Positions 20,998 to 29,257 of a stretch of 64,000 nucleotides of DNA are shown in pieces. Source of the stretch: an uncultured Acidobacteriota bacterium (GTDB lineage Bacteria > Acidobacteriota > UBA4820 > DSQY01); assembly GCA_963772255.1 (NCBI GenBank), contig CAVYWK010000029.1:404645-468644 (forward strand), written 5' to 3'. The notes beneath the pieces are model-generated. The model was not told the origin of the DNA. It worked only from the letters and a program-made list of their open reading frames with translations, and ran no database searches. Position 1 is the first letter of the stretch; every line of letters starts with the position of its first letter. The translations under genes were made by a program, and so were the position numbers.

Positions 20998-21402
20998 ATG
21001 ACAGAGAAGCTTCTGATCTTGGACGATGAAGTGGACATGCTCACGCTGCTGGAGACCATCATCCGCGCCAAGACTCCCCACGATGTGGTAGCCACCAACA
21101 ATCCCCTGGAGATCGAGGAACTGATGGCCACCCACTCCTTCTCGCTCGTCATCTCGGACTTGAAAATGCTCGGCAGGGACGGGTTGGAGGTCATCGATAT
21201 CGTCCATCGGGCCGATGCCACCATCCCGGTGATCATCATCACCGCCTACGGCAGTCTGGAGTCCGCCCAGGAGGTCGTGCGCCACGGCGCCTACGACTAC
21301 ATCACCAAGCCCTTCAGAAAGGAGCAGGTTCTCATCACCATCGAACGCGCCATGGAATGGAGGCGCATCACGCTCGAAAATCTCAGGCTCAAGGAGAAAT
21401 AG
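20998..21402 (+). CDS. Stand-alone receiver-domain response regulator
   Basis: Contains MTEKLLILDDEVDML...LVISDLKMLGRDG...IIITAYGS...YITKP. Confidence 0.85.
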   Translation: MTEKLLILDDEVDMLTLLETIIRAKTPHDVVATNNPLEIEELMATHSFSLVISDLKMLGRDGLEVIDIVHRADATIPVIIITAYGSLESAQEVVRHGAYDYITKPFRKEQVLITIERAMEWRRITLENLRLKEK

Positions 21403-21486
21403 GACGACGTGGAGATTTCGTTGCTCGGGGGAGGCTACGCGGGGAGGAGGCGGGCTTAACCATCATCCCCATTAGGAGGAGGGGCC

Positions 21487-22326
21487 ATGGCGATCATTAC
21501 GGTTTCCAGGGGATCCTTGGGCTTGGGCGCGTCGCTGGCGGAGAATCTCGCCGGGGTGCTGGGATACCCGTGCTTGGGACGCGAGGTCGCCCTTGAAGTG
21601 GCGGAAAAGGTCGGGATTTCGCCGGCGCTCATGATGAAGAAGGTCGAAGAGAGTCCGAACCTCTGGGAGAGGATGACCACGGAGCGCAGGGCCTATGTCA
21701 TCGCCATGCAGGTGGCCCTCTCTGAACGGGCCATGGGGGGCCAGCTCGTCTACCACGGGTATGCGGGAAATCTCCTTTTGAAAGGAATGCCCGCGCTGCT
21801 GAGGGTGCGGGTCATCGCTCCCATGGAGGTCCGCGTGCCCATGGTCATGGAGGAGCGGCACCTGGGGCCGGAGGAGGCGGAGGCGCACATCAAGGAGATG
21901 GATGACACGCGGGCCCGATGGACGAAATTCGTCTTTGGCGTGGACTGGCGGGACCCCTCTCTCTACGACCTCGTCCTGAACCTCGGCGTCATTTCCGTGG
22001 GTACGGCCTGCGAAGCCTTGGCAGGCATCGCGCGGAGCGCGGAATTGGCGGTGGACGAGGCGGTCCTGGGCAAATTGCGCGACTTCGTGTTGGCCTCGCG
22101 GATCCGGCTGGCGCTCGTCACCAGCCACCTGTCGGGGGCGGCCGACCTGGATGTGGAGGTCCAGGATGGCATCGCATTCATCAGGGGCGACATCCCGAGG
22201 GATCCCCGATACGCCAATTCGGAGGCCCGTTTCACGAAAGCGCTCACCGACCTGGTCCTCTCCATCAAGGGCGTGAAGCACCTCACGCTGGGCGTCAGAG
22301 CCCTCCCCTCAGCGGCAGTGGATTGA
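21487..22326 (+). CDS. Cytidylate-kinase-like (Cytidylate_kin2-type) protein with a BON-like C-terminus, copy 1
   Basis: The N-terminus MAIITVSRGSLGLGASLAENLAGVLGYP has a degenerate P-loop with no GK[ST]. Also contains LRVRVIAPMEVRV...RARWTKFVFGVDWRDPSLYDLVLN, and the C-terminus DLDVEVQDGIAFIRGDI...IKGVKHLTL. Confidence 0.7.
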   Translation: MAIITVSRGSLGLGASLAENLAGVLGYPCLGREVALEVAEKVGISPALMMKKVEESPNLWERMTTERRAYVIAMQVALSERAMGGQLVYHGYAGNLLLKGMPALLRVRVIAPMEVRVPMVMEERHLGPEEAEAHIKEMDDTRARWTKFVFGVDWRDPSLYDLVLNLGVISVGTACEALAGIARSAELAVDEAVLGKLRDFVLASRIRLALVTSHLSGAADLDVEVQDGIAFIRGDIPRDPRYANSEARFTKALTDLVLSIKGVKHLTLGVRALPSAAVD

Positions 22327-22349
22327 CCGGGCGAGAGGGCGAGGCTGCC

Positions 22350-23866
22350 ATGGCGGACATCAAACCGGACTTGACCAAGGTGGTGCTGGACCCGGCCCTG
22401 GCCGAAAGGCTGAGGACCGCCCAAGACTTCATCGTCTCCCGGCCCAGGATCAGCATTCGGCTCCGGTTCATGGTCAGCCTGGCCCTGTGCTTCTGCCTCT
22501 GCGCCCTGGCCGCCCTCGTCAACTGGACCTATCTCCACCAGGTGCGCAGCCGCCTCCTCCTCCTGGGAACCACCGAGAGCGTCGCCTTCGATCTCGAACA
22601 GGCCCGCCGCTTTGAAAAGGACTTTTTCCTCTACGGCACGAATCTCGACGATGCGGTACGGTACGCCGAATCCGCCGCGACGCGCCTCCAGTCCGAGACA
22701 CCGCAAATAACCGAAGCGGCCGCGCCCGGCGAAGTACTCGCCATCGCGGGACACCTCCGGGAGTACCGCCGATCTGCTTACCTACTGCCAGGCCATGGCG
22801 CGAGCCAGAATCCTGGATCCGTCGCGAAGGCAGGCGATCGAGGCCAGCCTCCGCCAGCAGGGATCCACGGTGACGGCGCTCGTGGAGGAATTGACCTCCC
22901 GCGAGCGGAAGACCGTGACCCACATGCTCAAGGTCTCCGAGACGCTGCCCATGGTTCTGCTCATCGCCCTGCTCATCTTGTTCGTCCTCATTTCCTACTT
23001 CTTCACGGAGGCCCTCCTCAATCCCATTCGCAGGTTTCAGGCCTATACCCGCCGCATCGCGGAGGGTGACTTCACGCTGATCCGCCCCGCGAGGACCTAT
23101 CGGGACGAATTTTCCGACCTGGCCCTCGCCGTCAACCGCATGCTGGCCGACCTCCAGGCGACCCAGCAGCGGTGCGTGGAGGCAGGAAAGCTGGCCGCCG
23201 TCGGAACCATCACCTCGGGCATCGCCCACGAGATCAACAACCCGCTGAACAACATCTCGCTGACCACCGAAGCGCTCATGGAGGATTTCAAGACCATGAG
23301 CGACGAAAAGAAGTGGAATTTTCTGCAGGACATCTATTTCGAAACCGAGCGGGCCAGTGAAATCGTCAAGAGCCTCCTGGATTTCACGCGCACGGAAAAG
23401 ATCGAGCGAGTCCCGCTGGATGTGAGCGGTGTGGTCCTGAGCACGCAGAGGTTGCTCCAGAACGAAATGATGCTCAACGGCGTGATTTTCGACTGCGACC
23501 TTCCCTCAGGACCTTCCCCAGATCAAGGGAGCCGCGAACCAGCTCCGTCAGGTCTTCCTGAACCTGTTCATCAACGCCATCCACGCCATGCCCCGCGGCG
23601 GAACCCTGCGCGTCAAGGCCAGCCTCCACGAGGAGGAGCGGGTATGCGTGGAGGTTCAGGACCAGGGCGAGGGGATTCCCCCGGAGGTCCTGCCCCACGT
23701 GTTCGATCCTTTCTTCACGACGAAGGAGCCCGGGAAAGGGACGGGCCTGGGACTCTCCGTGAGCTTGAGCATCATCAGGAGGCACGGCGGCGACATCAAG
23801 GTGGAGAGCGAGCCGGGCAAAGGGACCACTTTCCATGTTTGCCTGCCCCGGGCGGACAGGGCATAA
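22350..23866 (+). CDS. Sensor histidine kinase, paralog 2 of 3, with two apparent frameshifts (about 22769 and about 23505)
   Basis: Three colinear frames carry, in order, QARRFEKDFFLYGTNL; then HAMP, H-box GIAHEINNPLNNI; then QVFLNLFINAIHAMPRGGTL...GTGLGLSVSLSII. Together they give the full architecture of 6227-7852. Confidence 0.8.
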
Positions 23867-23893
23867 TGGAGAGAGACTGAGGGAGACCGCCGA

Positions 23894-24259
23894 ATGACGA
23901 CCGAGAGGCGAGTGCTGGTTCTGGATGATGAACCCATCGTAGGGGACAGGCTGAAGGACGCCTTTGAGAAGGAGGGGCTGGAGGTCGAGGTTTTCAGGGA
24001 CAGTGGACAGGCCATCGAGCGTCTCAAGGAGCAGGCTTTCGGCGTGCTTGTGACCGACATGAAAATGAGCGGGCCTTCGGGGATGGACGTGCTCAGATTC
24101 GTGAAGGAGAAAAACCCCTCCACCAGCGTCATCGTCATCACCGGTTACGCCACCATCGAAACCAACTACGAGGCCCAGGCTCTGGGTGCGGACCACTTCG
24201 TCCCCAAACCCTTCAAGATGAAGGACCTGGTCAAGCTCGTTCTGAAGGCTTTCAACTAG
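23894..24259 (+). CDS. Stand-alone receiver-domain response regulator
   Basis: Contains RRVLVLDDEPIVG...VLVTDMKMSGPSG...VITGYAT...FVPKP. Confidence 0.85.
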   Translation: MTTERRVLVLDDEPIVGDRLKDAFEKEGLEVEVFRDSGQAIERLKEQAFGVLVTDMKMSGPSGMDVLRFVKEKNPSTSVIVITGYATIETNYEAQALGADHFVPKPFKMKDLVKLVLKAFN

Positions 24260-25809
24260 GACCGGTCCTGACCCCGGGCATCGGACTCCGAACGGGGCTG
24301 CCCGAGCTCGGGCACCCTAGCCGCGGGGAGCACGACGATCAACTCGGTGTGCTTGCCCGGAGAGCTCTCGGCGCGTATGTCCCCTCCGTGTTGCCGCACG
24401 ATCCCCAGGCTCACCGAGAGTCCCAGCCCAGTACCCTTGCCCTTGGACTTAGTCGTGAAGAACGGGTCGAAGATATAGGGGAGGATGTGGCTCGGAATCC
24501 CCTTGCCGTCGTCGGAGACGATCACCTGCAAGTAACCGGGTTCCCGCGCCGCCTCGGCCTTGATCCAAACGTGGCCCCCCTTCCCGACGGCGTCCACGGC
24601 GTTCAGGATTAAATTCAGGAACACCTGCGAGATGGATTGTCGGTCGCCGTGAATAGGCGGCAGGTTCTCGGGCACCTCCATGAGGATCTTGGCGCCCGAG
24701 AGTTTGATCTGGTTGGCGGCCAGATTGGCCGTTCCCCGAAGCAGCTCTCCCACGTCCAACCGCTCGGTGCGGATCTCGCTCTCCCTGGCAAAATCCAGCA
24801 GGTTTCGCACGATTCGCTGCGCCCGGCTGCCCTGGTCCACCAGGTCGTCCACCATGGCCAGCTTTTCGGCGTCCGGCAGGACGGGGAAATCCTCCTTGAG
24901 CATCTCGGCGGTCAGGATGATGTTGTTGATGGGGTTGTTCAACTCGTGAGCCACGCCCGCCGTCAGGGTTCCCACGGCCTGGAGCTTGTGGGACTGAACC
25001 AGAACCTCCTGGCGGTGGGCCACCTCCCGCATCATGGTGTTGAGCGCCACGGCCAGGTCCGAGAACTCGTCCCGATACCTTCGGGCCGGTGCGATGGGCG
25101 TAAAGTCCCCCATGGAAATGCGCTGGGTCGTGGCCATGAGGCGGCCCAGGGGCCCCAGCATCTGCCGCGCGAGAAAGTTCACGATGACGGCCATCAGCAC
25201 CAGGAGAACGATCAGGAAAAGGACGGGCAGACGCTTGAAGAGCGCCAGTGTCTGGTTGACGCTGTTCCTCTCCTTCTGCGCCAATTCCAGGGCGAAGGCC
25301 ACCATCTGAGAGCCGTGGGCCCTCAATTCCGTCTCGATGGAGCTTTTCCTTTCGGCTTGGTCAGGAGGCCCCCGTTTCGCCATCTCCGCCAGATTTCCGA
25401 GCAGCGTCTCGTATCGATCGAGGTGCTCTCTCATGCGCCTGAGATCCGCCGTCGTGAGGACCTTGAACGCCTCGGACTCTGACGAATTGAGGAGGATGCG
25501 GGCGTTGGCGATGTGTTCCTGGACGTCCTGCAGGTTGGTGCCGTACAGGAAGTAGTTCTTTTCGAAGCGCCGCGCTTGCTGGATTTCCAGGGTATACCGA
25601 TCCGCCACCTCCAGAAACTTGAGACGGACCTCGAGCCTGGACAGCATGATCCATGCTGCGGCGGTCACCGCGGCCGCCACGAGGAAGAGGGCGAGCAGTC
25701 CCAAAGAGAGCCTCGCCCTGATCCCGAAACTGGGCCTCTGGAGGAGGGCCCTCTCGGCGTTCGTGATCTCGACCGGCTCGGGTATCTCGGGAGGCGCGGG
25801 TACCGTCAT
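24256..25809 (-). CDS. Sensor histidine kinase, paralog 3 of 3
   Basis: Sensor motif QARRFEKNYFLYGTNL, HAMP-like RRYRDEFSDLAVALNTM, H-box GVAHELNNPINNI, and G-box GTGLGLSVSLGIV. Confidence 0.85.
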   Translation of the reverse strand: MTVPAPPEIPEPVEITNAERALLQRPSFGIRARLSLGLLALFLVAAAVTAAAWIMLSRLEVRLKFLEVADRYTLEIQQARRFEKNYFLYGTNLQDVQEHIANARILLNSSESEAFKVLTTADLRRMREHLDRYETLLGNLAEMAKRGPPDQAERKSSIETELRAHGSQMVAFALELAQKERNSVNQTLALFKRLPVLFLIVLLVLMAVIVNFLARQMLGPLGRLMATTQRISMGDFTPIAPARRYRDEFSDLAVALNTMMREVAHRQEVLVQSHKLQAVGTLTAGVAHELNNPINNIILTAEMLKEDFPVLPDAEKLAMVDDLVDQGSRAQRIVRNLLDFARESEIRTERLDVGELLRGTANLAANQIKLSGAKILMEVPENLPPIHGDRQSISQVFLNLILNAVDAVGKGGHVWIKAEAAREPGYLQVIVSDDGKGIPSHILPYIFDPFFTTKSKGKGTGLGLSVSLGIVRQHGGDIRAESSPGKHTELIVVLPAARVPELGQPRSESDARGQDRS

Positions 25810-25818
25810 CGGACCGCC

Positions 25819-26664
25819 TCAGGGACCGATGTCCGCGAACCCGGCGTCCCGCGCGAGGTTTGCCGCGCGCTGGTGCAACCGCGCGCTGGACCTCCGGTAG
25901 CCCAATCCACCGTAGATCACCAGCCAGAGGCTTGCGAGGATGAGGGCCCCGTCAAACAGGCTCCACCAGGAGATCCCGAAGTAGCGGAAGAGACTGATCC
26001 CCAGGGTCAGAAACGCCAGTCCCGTCCGGACGAAGGCCAGGTAAGTCCGCCCCCAGGCAAGGTCCGTTCTGTGGAGCGACAGGCTCGTCCTCGTCTTGGC
26101 CCGGACGGTGCGCTCTTCGGCCAGGCCGTTGCGCTCCCGGGCCAGGTCGGTCCGGCGGATGGAGTAGTCGGTCCGCTGCTCCGCCAGTTCGTTGCGCCTG
26201 GAGGCCATCTCGGTCCGGGTGGTCGAGAGCCTCGTTCGATCCTCCGCCAGGCGCGTTCGCATCTGGGCCAGGTCGGTGCGCCCCTCGGCGAGGTGCGTCC
26301 GCCGACGGGCCATGTCCGTCCTCCCCACGGCCAGGTCGGTCCTCTGGTTGGCGAGGGCGGTCCGCTCCCGGCCGAGGTCGGTCCGGATGTTGGCCAGCTC
26401 CGTGCTCCGCGTGGACAGGCGGGTCTGCTCGCGCGTCAGGGCGGTCCGTTCCTGGGCCATGGCCGTCTGGCGCTCCGTGTGGTGGGCCGTGGACGAGGAG
26501 AAGGTGAGCAGGTTGCTCACACTCTCGTTCGTGCGCTCGGAAATGCCGATCCCGGCCTTCGCCAGCTCGACCTGCGACTCCTCCGCACGCACAGAATGGG
26601 CCAGGAGCGTTTCGATGCGGTCCAGCGCACGCTCGGGCGGCGCTCCGCGGTCTTCGTCGGACAT
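25819..26664 (-). CDS. DUF202/YidH-like membrane protein carrying about 21 tandem heptads xRTxLAx before two C-terminal TM helices
   Basis: Reads ...ERTALTR EQTRLST RSTELAN IRTDLGR ERTALAN QRTDLAV GRTDMAR RRTHLAE GRTDLAQ MRTRLAE DRTRLST ... HRTDLAW GRTYLAF VRTGLAF, then LTLGISLFRYFGISWWSLFDGALILASLWLVIYGG. The start was taken at MSDEDRG (26664). Confidence 0.7.
   Translation of the reverse strand: MSDEDRGAPPERALDRIETLLAHSVRAEESQVELAKAGIGISERTNESVSNLLTFSSSTAHHTERQTAMAQERTALTREQTRLSTRSTELANIRTDLGRERTALANQRTDLAVGRTDMARRRTHLAEGRTDLAQMRTRLAEDRTRLSTTRTEMASRRNELAEQRTDYSIRRTDLARERNGLAEERTVRAKTRTSLSLHRTDLAWGRTYLAFVRTGLAFLTLGISLFRYFGISWWSLFDGALILASLWLVIYGGLGYRRSSARLHQRAANLARDAGFADIGP
26011..26451 (-). 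repeat. 21-bp periodic coding repeat that encodes the RTxLAxx heptads
   Basis: Words like gccaggtcggtcc recur in phase at multiples of 21 nt (near 26142, 26266, 26331 and 26373). There are no unique spacers, and the reading frame is continuous. Confidence 0.75.
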
Positions 26665-26799
26665 GGGCGACCTCCTGCCCCCGCAGTTGCCGGGGCCCAA
26701 AGTTGACTCGGACCGGCGACACCGCTCGCCGGCGATCCCATTCACCGCCACCAACTCCGACCCCGGCTCGATCCTCCCCGGTCCGGCGAAAGGTCGGTC

Positions 26800-27618
26800 T
26801 CAGAACGCAAACTCCATGCTGGAGGGACAGCCGGGTTGATAGTCGACGGAGGTCACGCCCTCGACGGCGCGCGCGGTCTCCACCACGGCATCCATCTGTG
26901 CGCCCTCCATGTATGGCCCCTCCAGGACCACGAGGCCGCCGCGGGCACTGGCGCCCACTTCTAGGGTGTAGGTGCGCGGGTCGCTCACCAGGGCAGCTTC
27001 CACGGCCGTGGCGAGGAAGAGGTTGGACATGGCTTGGGCGGATTCGGGTGTGGGCTGGAACTCTTGCTCCTGCAAGGCTCCCGCGATCATGTTGCAGATA
27101 CCGGATATGGACAGGCGATCCTGGCAGAACCAGGCGTCGTAGAGGTGGGGATCCCGGATGTCGCACCCGTAGACGAAGCGCGCCCACCGGACCCGGTCCT
27201 CATCCTCCCGCAGGACCGCCTCGCGCGCCTCCTCCCTGGAGAGGTTCAACCGCTTCATGGCGTTGTCCACGCGTCGCTCTTTCGTAGTGGTGATCCTTAC
27301 CCTCAAGCAGCAGGCGAGGTGCGGCAAGAGCAGGTGCCCCGCGTGTCCGTGGTACACCACGTTGCCGCAGCGCACGAACTCGAGAAGGGCTGACCTCATC
27401 AGGATCAGGTAGGAACGTCGCAGCCGGCTGAATTGCTCGTAGGCGCGCGTGGCTTGGTTGAGGCTTTCCAGGACTTTCTTCGCCACTTCGCCGTGAGCGT
27501 CCACGAGTGCCACAAGGTCTTCCCTGGACACGGCCCGCAACCCGAGCCGCTCCGACAGGCAGGCCGCCAGGGCGCGGCCCCCGGACATGGTTCCTCTGGA
27601 AATCAATACGACTGACAA
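26800..27618 (-). CDS. Cytidylate-kinase-like protein with a BON-like C-terminus, copy 2
   Basis: Contains MSVVLISRGTMSGGRALAACLSERLG...CLRVRITTTKERRV...RVRWARFVYGCDIRDPHLYDAWF, and the C-terminus TLEVGASARGGLVVLEGPY...VEGVTSVDY. Confidence 0.7.
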   Translation of the reverse strand: MSVVLISRGTMSGGRALAACLSERLGLRAVSREDLVALVDAHGEVAKKVLESLNQATRAYEQFSRLRRSYLILMRSALLEFVRCGNVVYHGHAGHLLLPHLACCLRVRITTTKERRVDNAMKRLNLSREEAREAVLREDEDRVRWARFVYGCDIRDPHLYDAWFCQDRLSISGICNMIAGALQEQEFQPTPESAQAMSNLFLATAVEAALVSDPRTYTLEVGASARGGLVVLEGPYMEGAQMDAVVETARAVEGVTSVDYQPGCPSSMEFAF

Positions 27619-27678
27619 GGTGCGCCCTCCGTCCGCCGGCGGCGCTCCGTCCCTCGGACCGGCACGCCGGGATCGGAC

Positions 27679-28092
27679 CTACTTGACCTCGGGGAGGGCC
27701 GCCTCCGCGATGCCGTGGAAGCCGAGGGATTCGGCGGCCTTGGCGATGACGTCCCTGAGCTCTTGGGGCTTGAAGGGTTTGGCGATGAAGTCGAAGGCCC
27801 CCTTGGCCTCGGCCTCGCGGGCCATCTCCACGGTGGCGTATCCCGTGATCATGACCACCCGGGTTCCGGGGTGGAGGTCCATCACCCGCTCGAGGACCTC
27901 GATGCCGTCGATGTCGTCCATCCGGATATCCGTCACCACGATGTGGAACGCCTTCTCGCGGATCCTCTCCAGGGCGGGCGCCGGGGCATCGAAAATCTCC
28001 ACGTCGCAGCCGATTTTCGAGAGCGCGGGCTGCAGGCGCCGGCCCACGATCGGTTCGTCGTCCAGGATCAAGACTTGAAGCCTCTCTGGCAT
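27679..28092 (-). CDS. Stand-alone receiver-domain response regulator
   Basis: Contains LQVLILDDEPIVG...IVVTDIRMDDIDG...MITGYAT...FIAKP. Confidence 0.85.
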   Translation of the reverse strand: MPERLQVLILDDEPIVGRRLQPALSKIGCDVEIFDAPAPALERIREKAFHIVVTDIRMDDIDGIEVLERVMDLHPGTRVVMITGYATVEMAREAEAKGAFDFIAKPFKPQELRDVIAKAAESLGFHGIAEAALPEVK

Positions 28093-28117
28093 GGATGCCT
28101 CCCCATTGTGGGTCCTG

Positions 28118-29209
28118 CTATGCCTCGGATTCCCCCTTGGTGACCAGCAGCGTCGTGTGGATGCGCTGGCGTTCCAGGTGCGCCGCCGCCACCTTGTACA
28201 AAATCATGAGGGCGCCTCCGATGCCCGCCGTGAAGAGGACCACCGTGCTGGTCGTGTTCAGCCACCGGTCCATGCCCGCGTCGAAGTGCATCCATCCCAG
28301 TGCCCGGAAGTACACCGGCAGGGCGATGACCCTGCTCAGCACGCAGATGATGATGATGACACCCGTGGTGAGGCGGATGAGACTCTCGGTGACCACTTTC
28401 ACGCCATAAGCACCGATGTAGACGCCCACCAGGGATCCGAGGAAGAGGAGGAAGGTAAGCCTGAGGTCCACATACCCCTCCCAGGCGTAGTTGAGCGCCC
28501 CGAAGGCTCCCATGTAAATGGCCAGATAGAGTTCCGTGCCCGCGGCCACGGCGGTCGGGACCCCGAAGACGTAGATCATGGCGGGGACGCCCACGAACCC
28601 TCCCACGCCGATGGTTCCCGCGAGGTACCCCGTGGCCAGCCCCACCGGCAGGAGCACCCAGAGGGAGACCTCCACGTCCGATACGGGGAATCGGATGACG
28701 GGCCGCAGGTGGAGCCGGCCCAGGTACCCCGTGATGGCCGTGGAAGGCCCCTGGCCCTCGTCGGAGGAACCCAGGGAGTCCTTCAGCATGCTCAGGCCCA
28801 CGAAGGTCAGCACGCCGATGAAGACGCCGCTGATGTAAAGGTCGCCGGCCGCGCTCTTCCCCTGTCCGTGACTCATGCCCCCGGCGAAGAGTAGGCTGTT
28901 GATCCACACCGCCAGCCGTGTGCCCAGGAGTGCGGTGACCAGGAGGAACGCCGCCAGCCGCTTGTCCACATTTCCCATTTGCCCGTGCTTGCGCGAGCCC
29001 ACGAGGGCCTTGCCGAACTTGTGGGTCATGTTGCTCGCCACGGCCACCACGCCGGGCACTCCCAGGTTCATCATGCCGGGGGTCATGAAAAACGCGCCGC
29101 CGCTTCCGATGAACCCGCTCAGGACGCCCCCGATAAATCCCAGCAGGACCATCAGCAAGGCCGAAGTCCATGTGATTGGTACGAACATCTCCCCGATCAT
29201 CGTCTCCAT
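28118..29209 (-). CDS. TauE/SafE (TSUP) family permease, long type (363 aa), copy 3
   Basis: Contains GGVLSGFIGSGGAFFMTPGMMNLGVP and YLAGTIGVGGFVGVPAMIYVFGVP, with a central hydrophilic insert and an extra C-terminal TM region. Confidence 0.8.
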   Translation of the reverse strand: METMIGEMFVPITWTSALLMVLLGFIGGVLSGFIGSGGAFFMTPGMMNLGVPGVVAVASNMTHKFGKALVGSRKHGQMGNVDKRLAAFLLVTALLGTRLAVWINSLLFAGGMSHGQGKSAAGDLYISGVFIGVLTFVGLSMLKDSLGSSDEGQGPSTAITGYLGRLHLRPVIRFPVSDVEVSLWVLLPVGLATGYLAGTIGVGGFVGVPAMIYVFGVPTAVAAGTELYLAIYMGAFGALNYAWEGYVDLRLTFLLFLGSLVGVYIGAYGVKVVTESLIRLTTGVIIIICVLSRVIALPVYFRALGWMHFDAGMDRWLNTTSTVVLFTAGIGGALMILYKVAAAHLERQRIHTTLLVTKGESEA

Positions 29210-29257
29210 CGCTCTATCCCCCGCGGACCGTGGTACGGTACGCCCCCGGCGACCTGG

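Noticed and set aside
24256-24259. The convergent genes at 23894-24259 (+) and 24256-25809 (-) share a palindromic CTAG that forms both stop codons.
   Set aside because: The observation is real, but it is a trivial consequence of tight convergent packing. No functional claim is warranted.
26011-26451. A regularly spaced 21-bp repeat that could suggest a CRISPR-like or satellite array.
   Set aside because: The period is too short, there are no unique spacers, and the region is one continuous reading frame encoding protein heptads. I saw no CRISPR array anywhere in the window.
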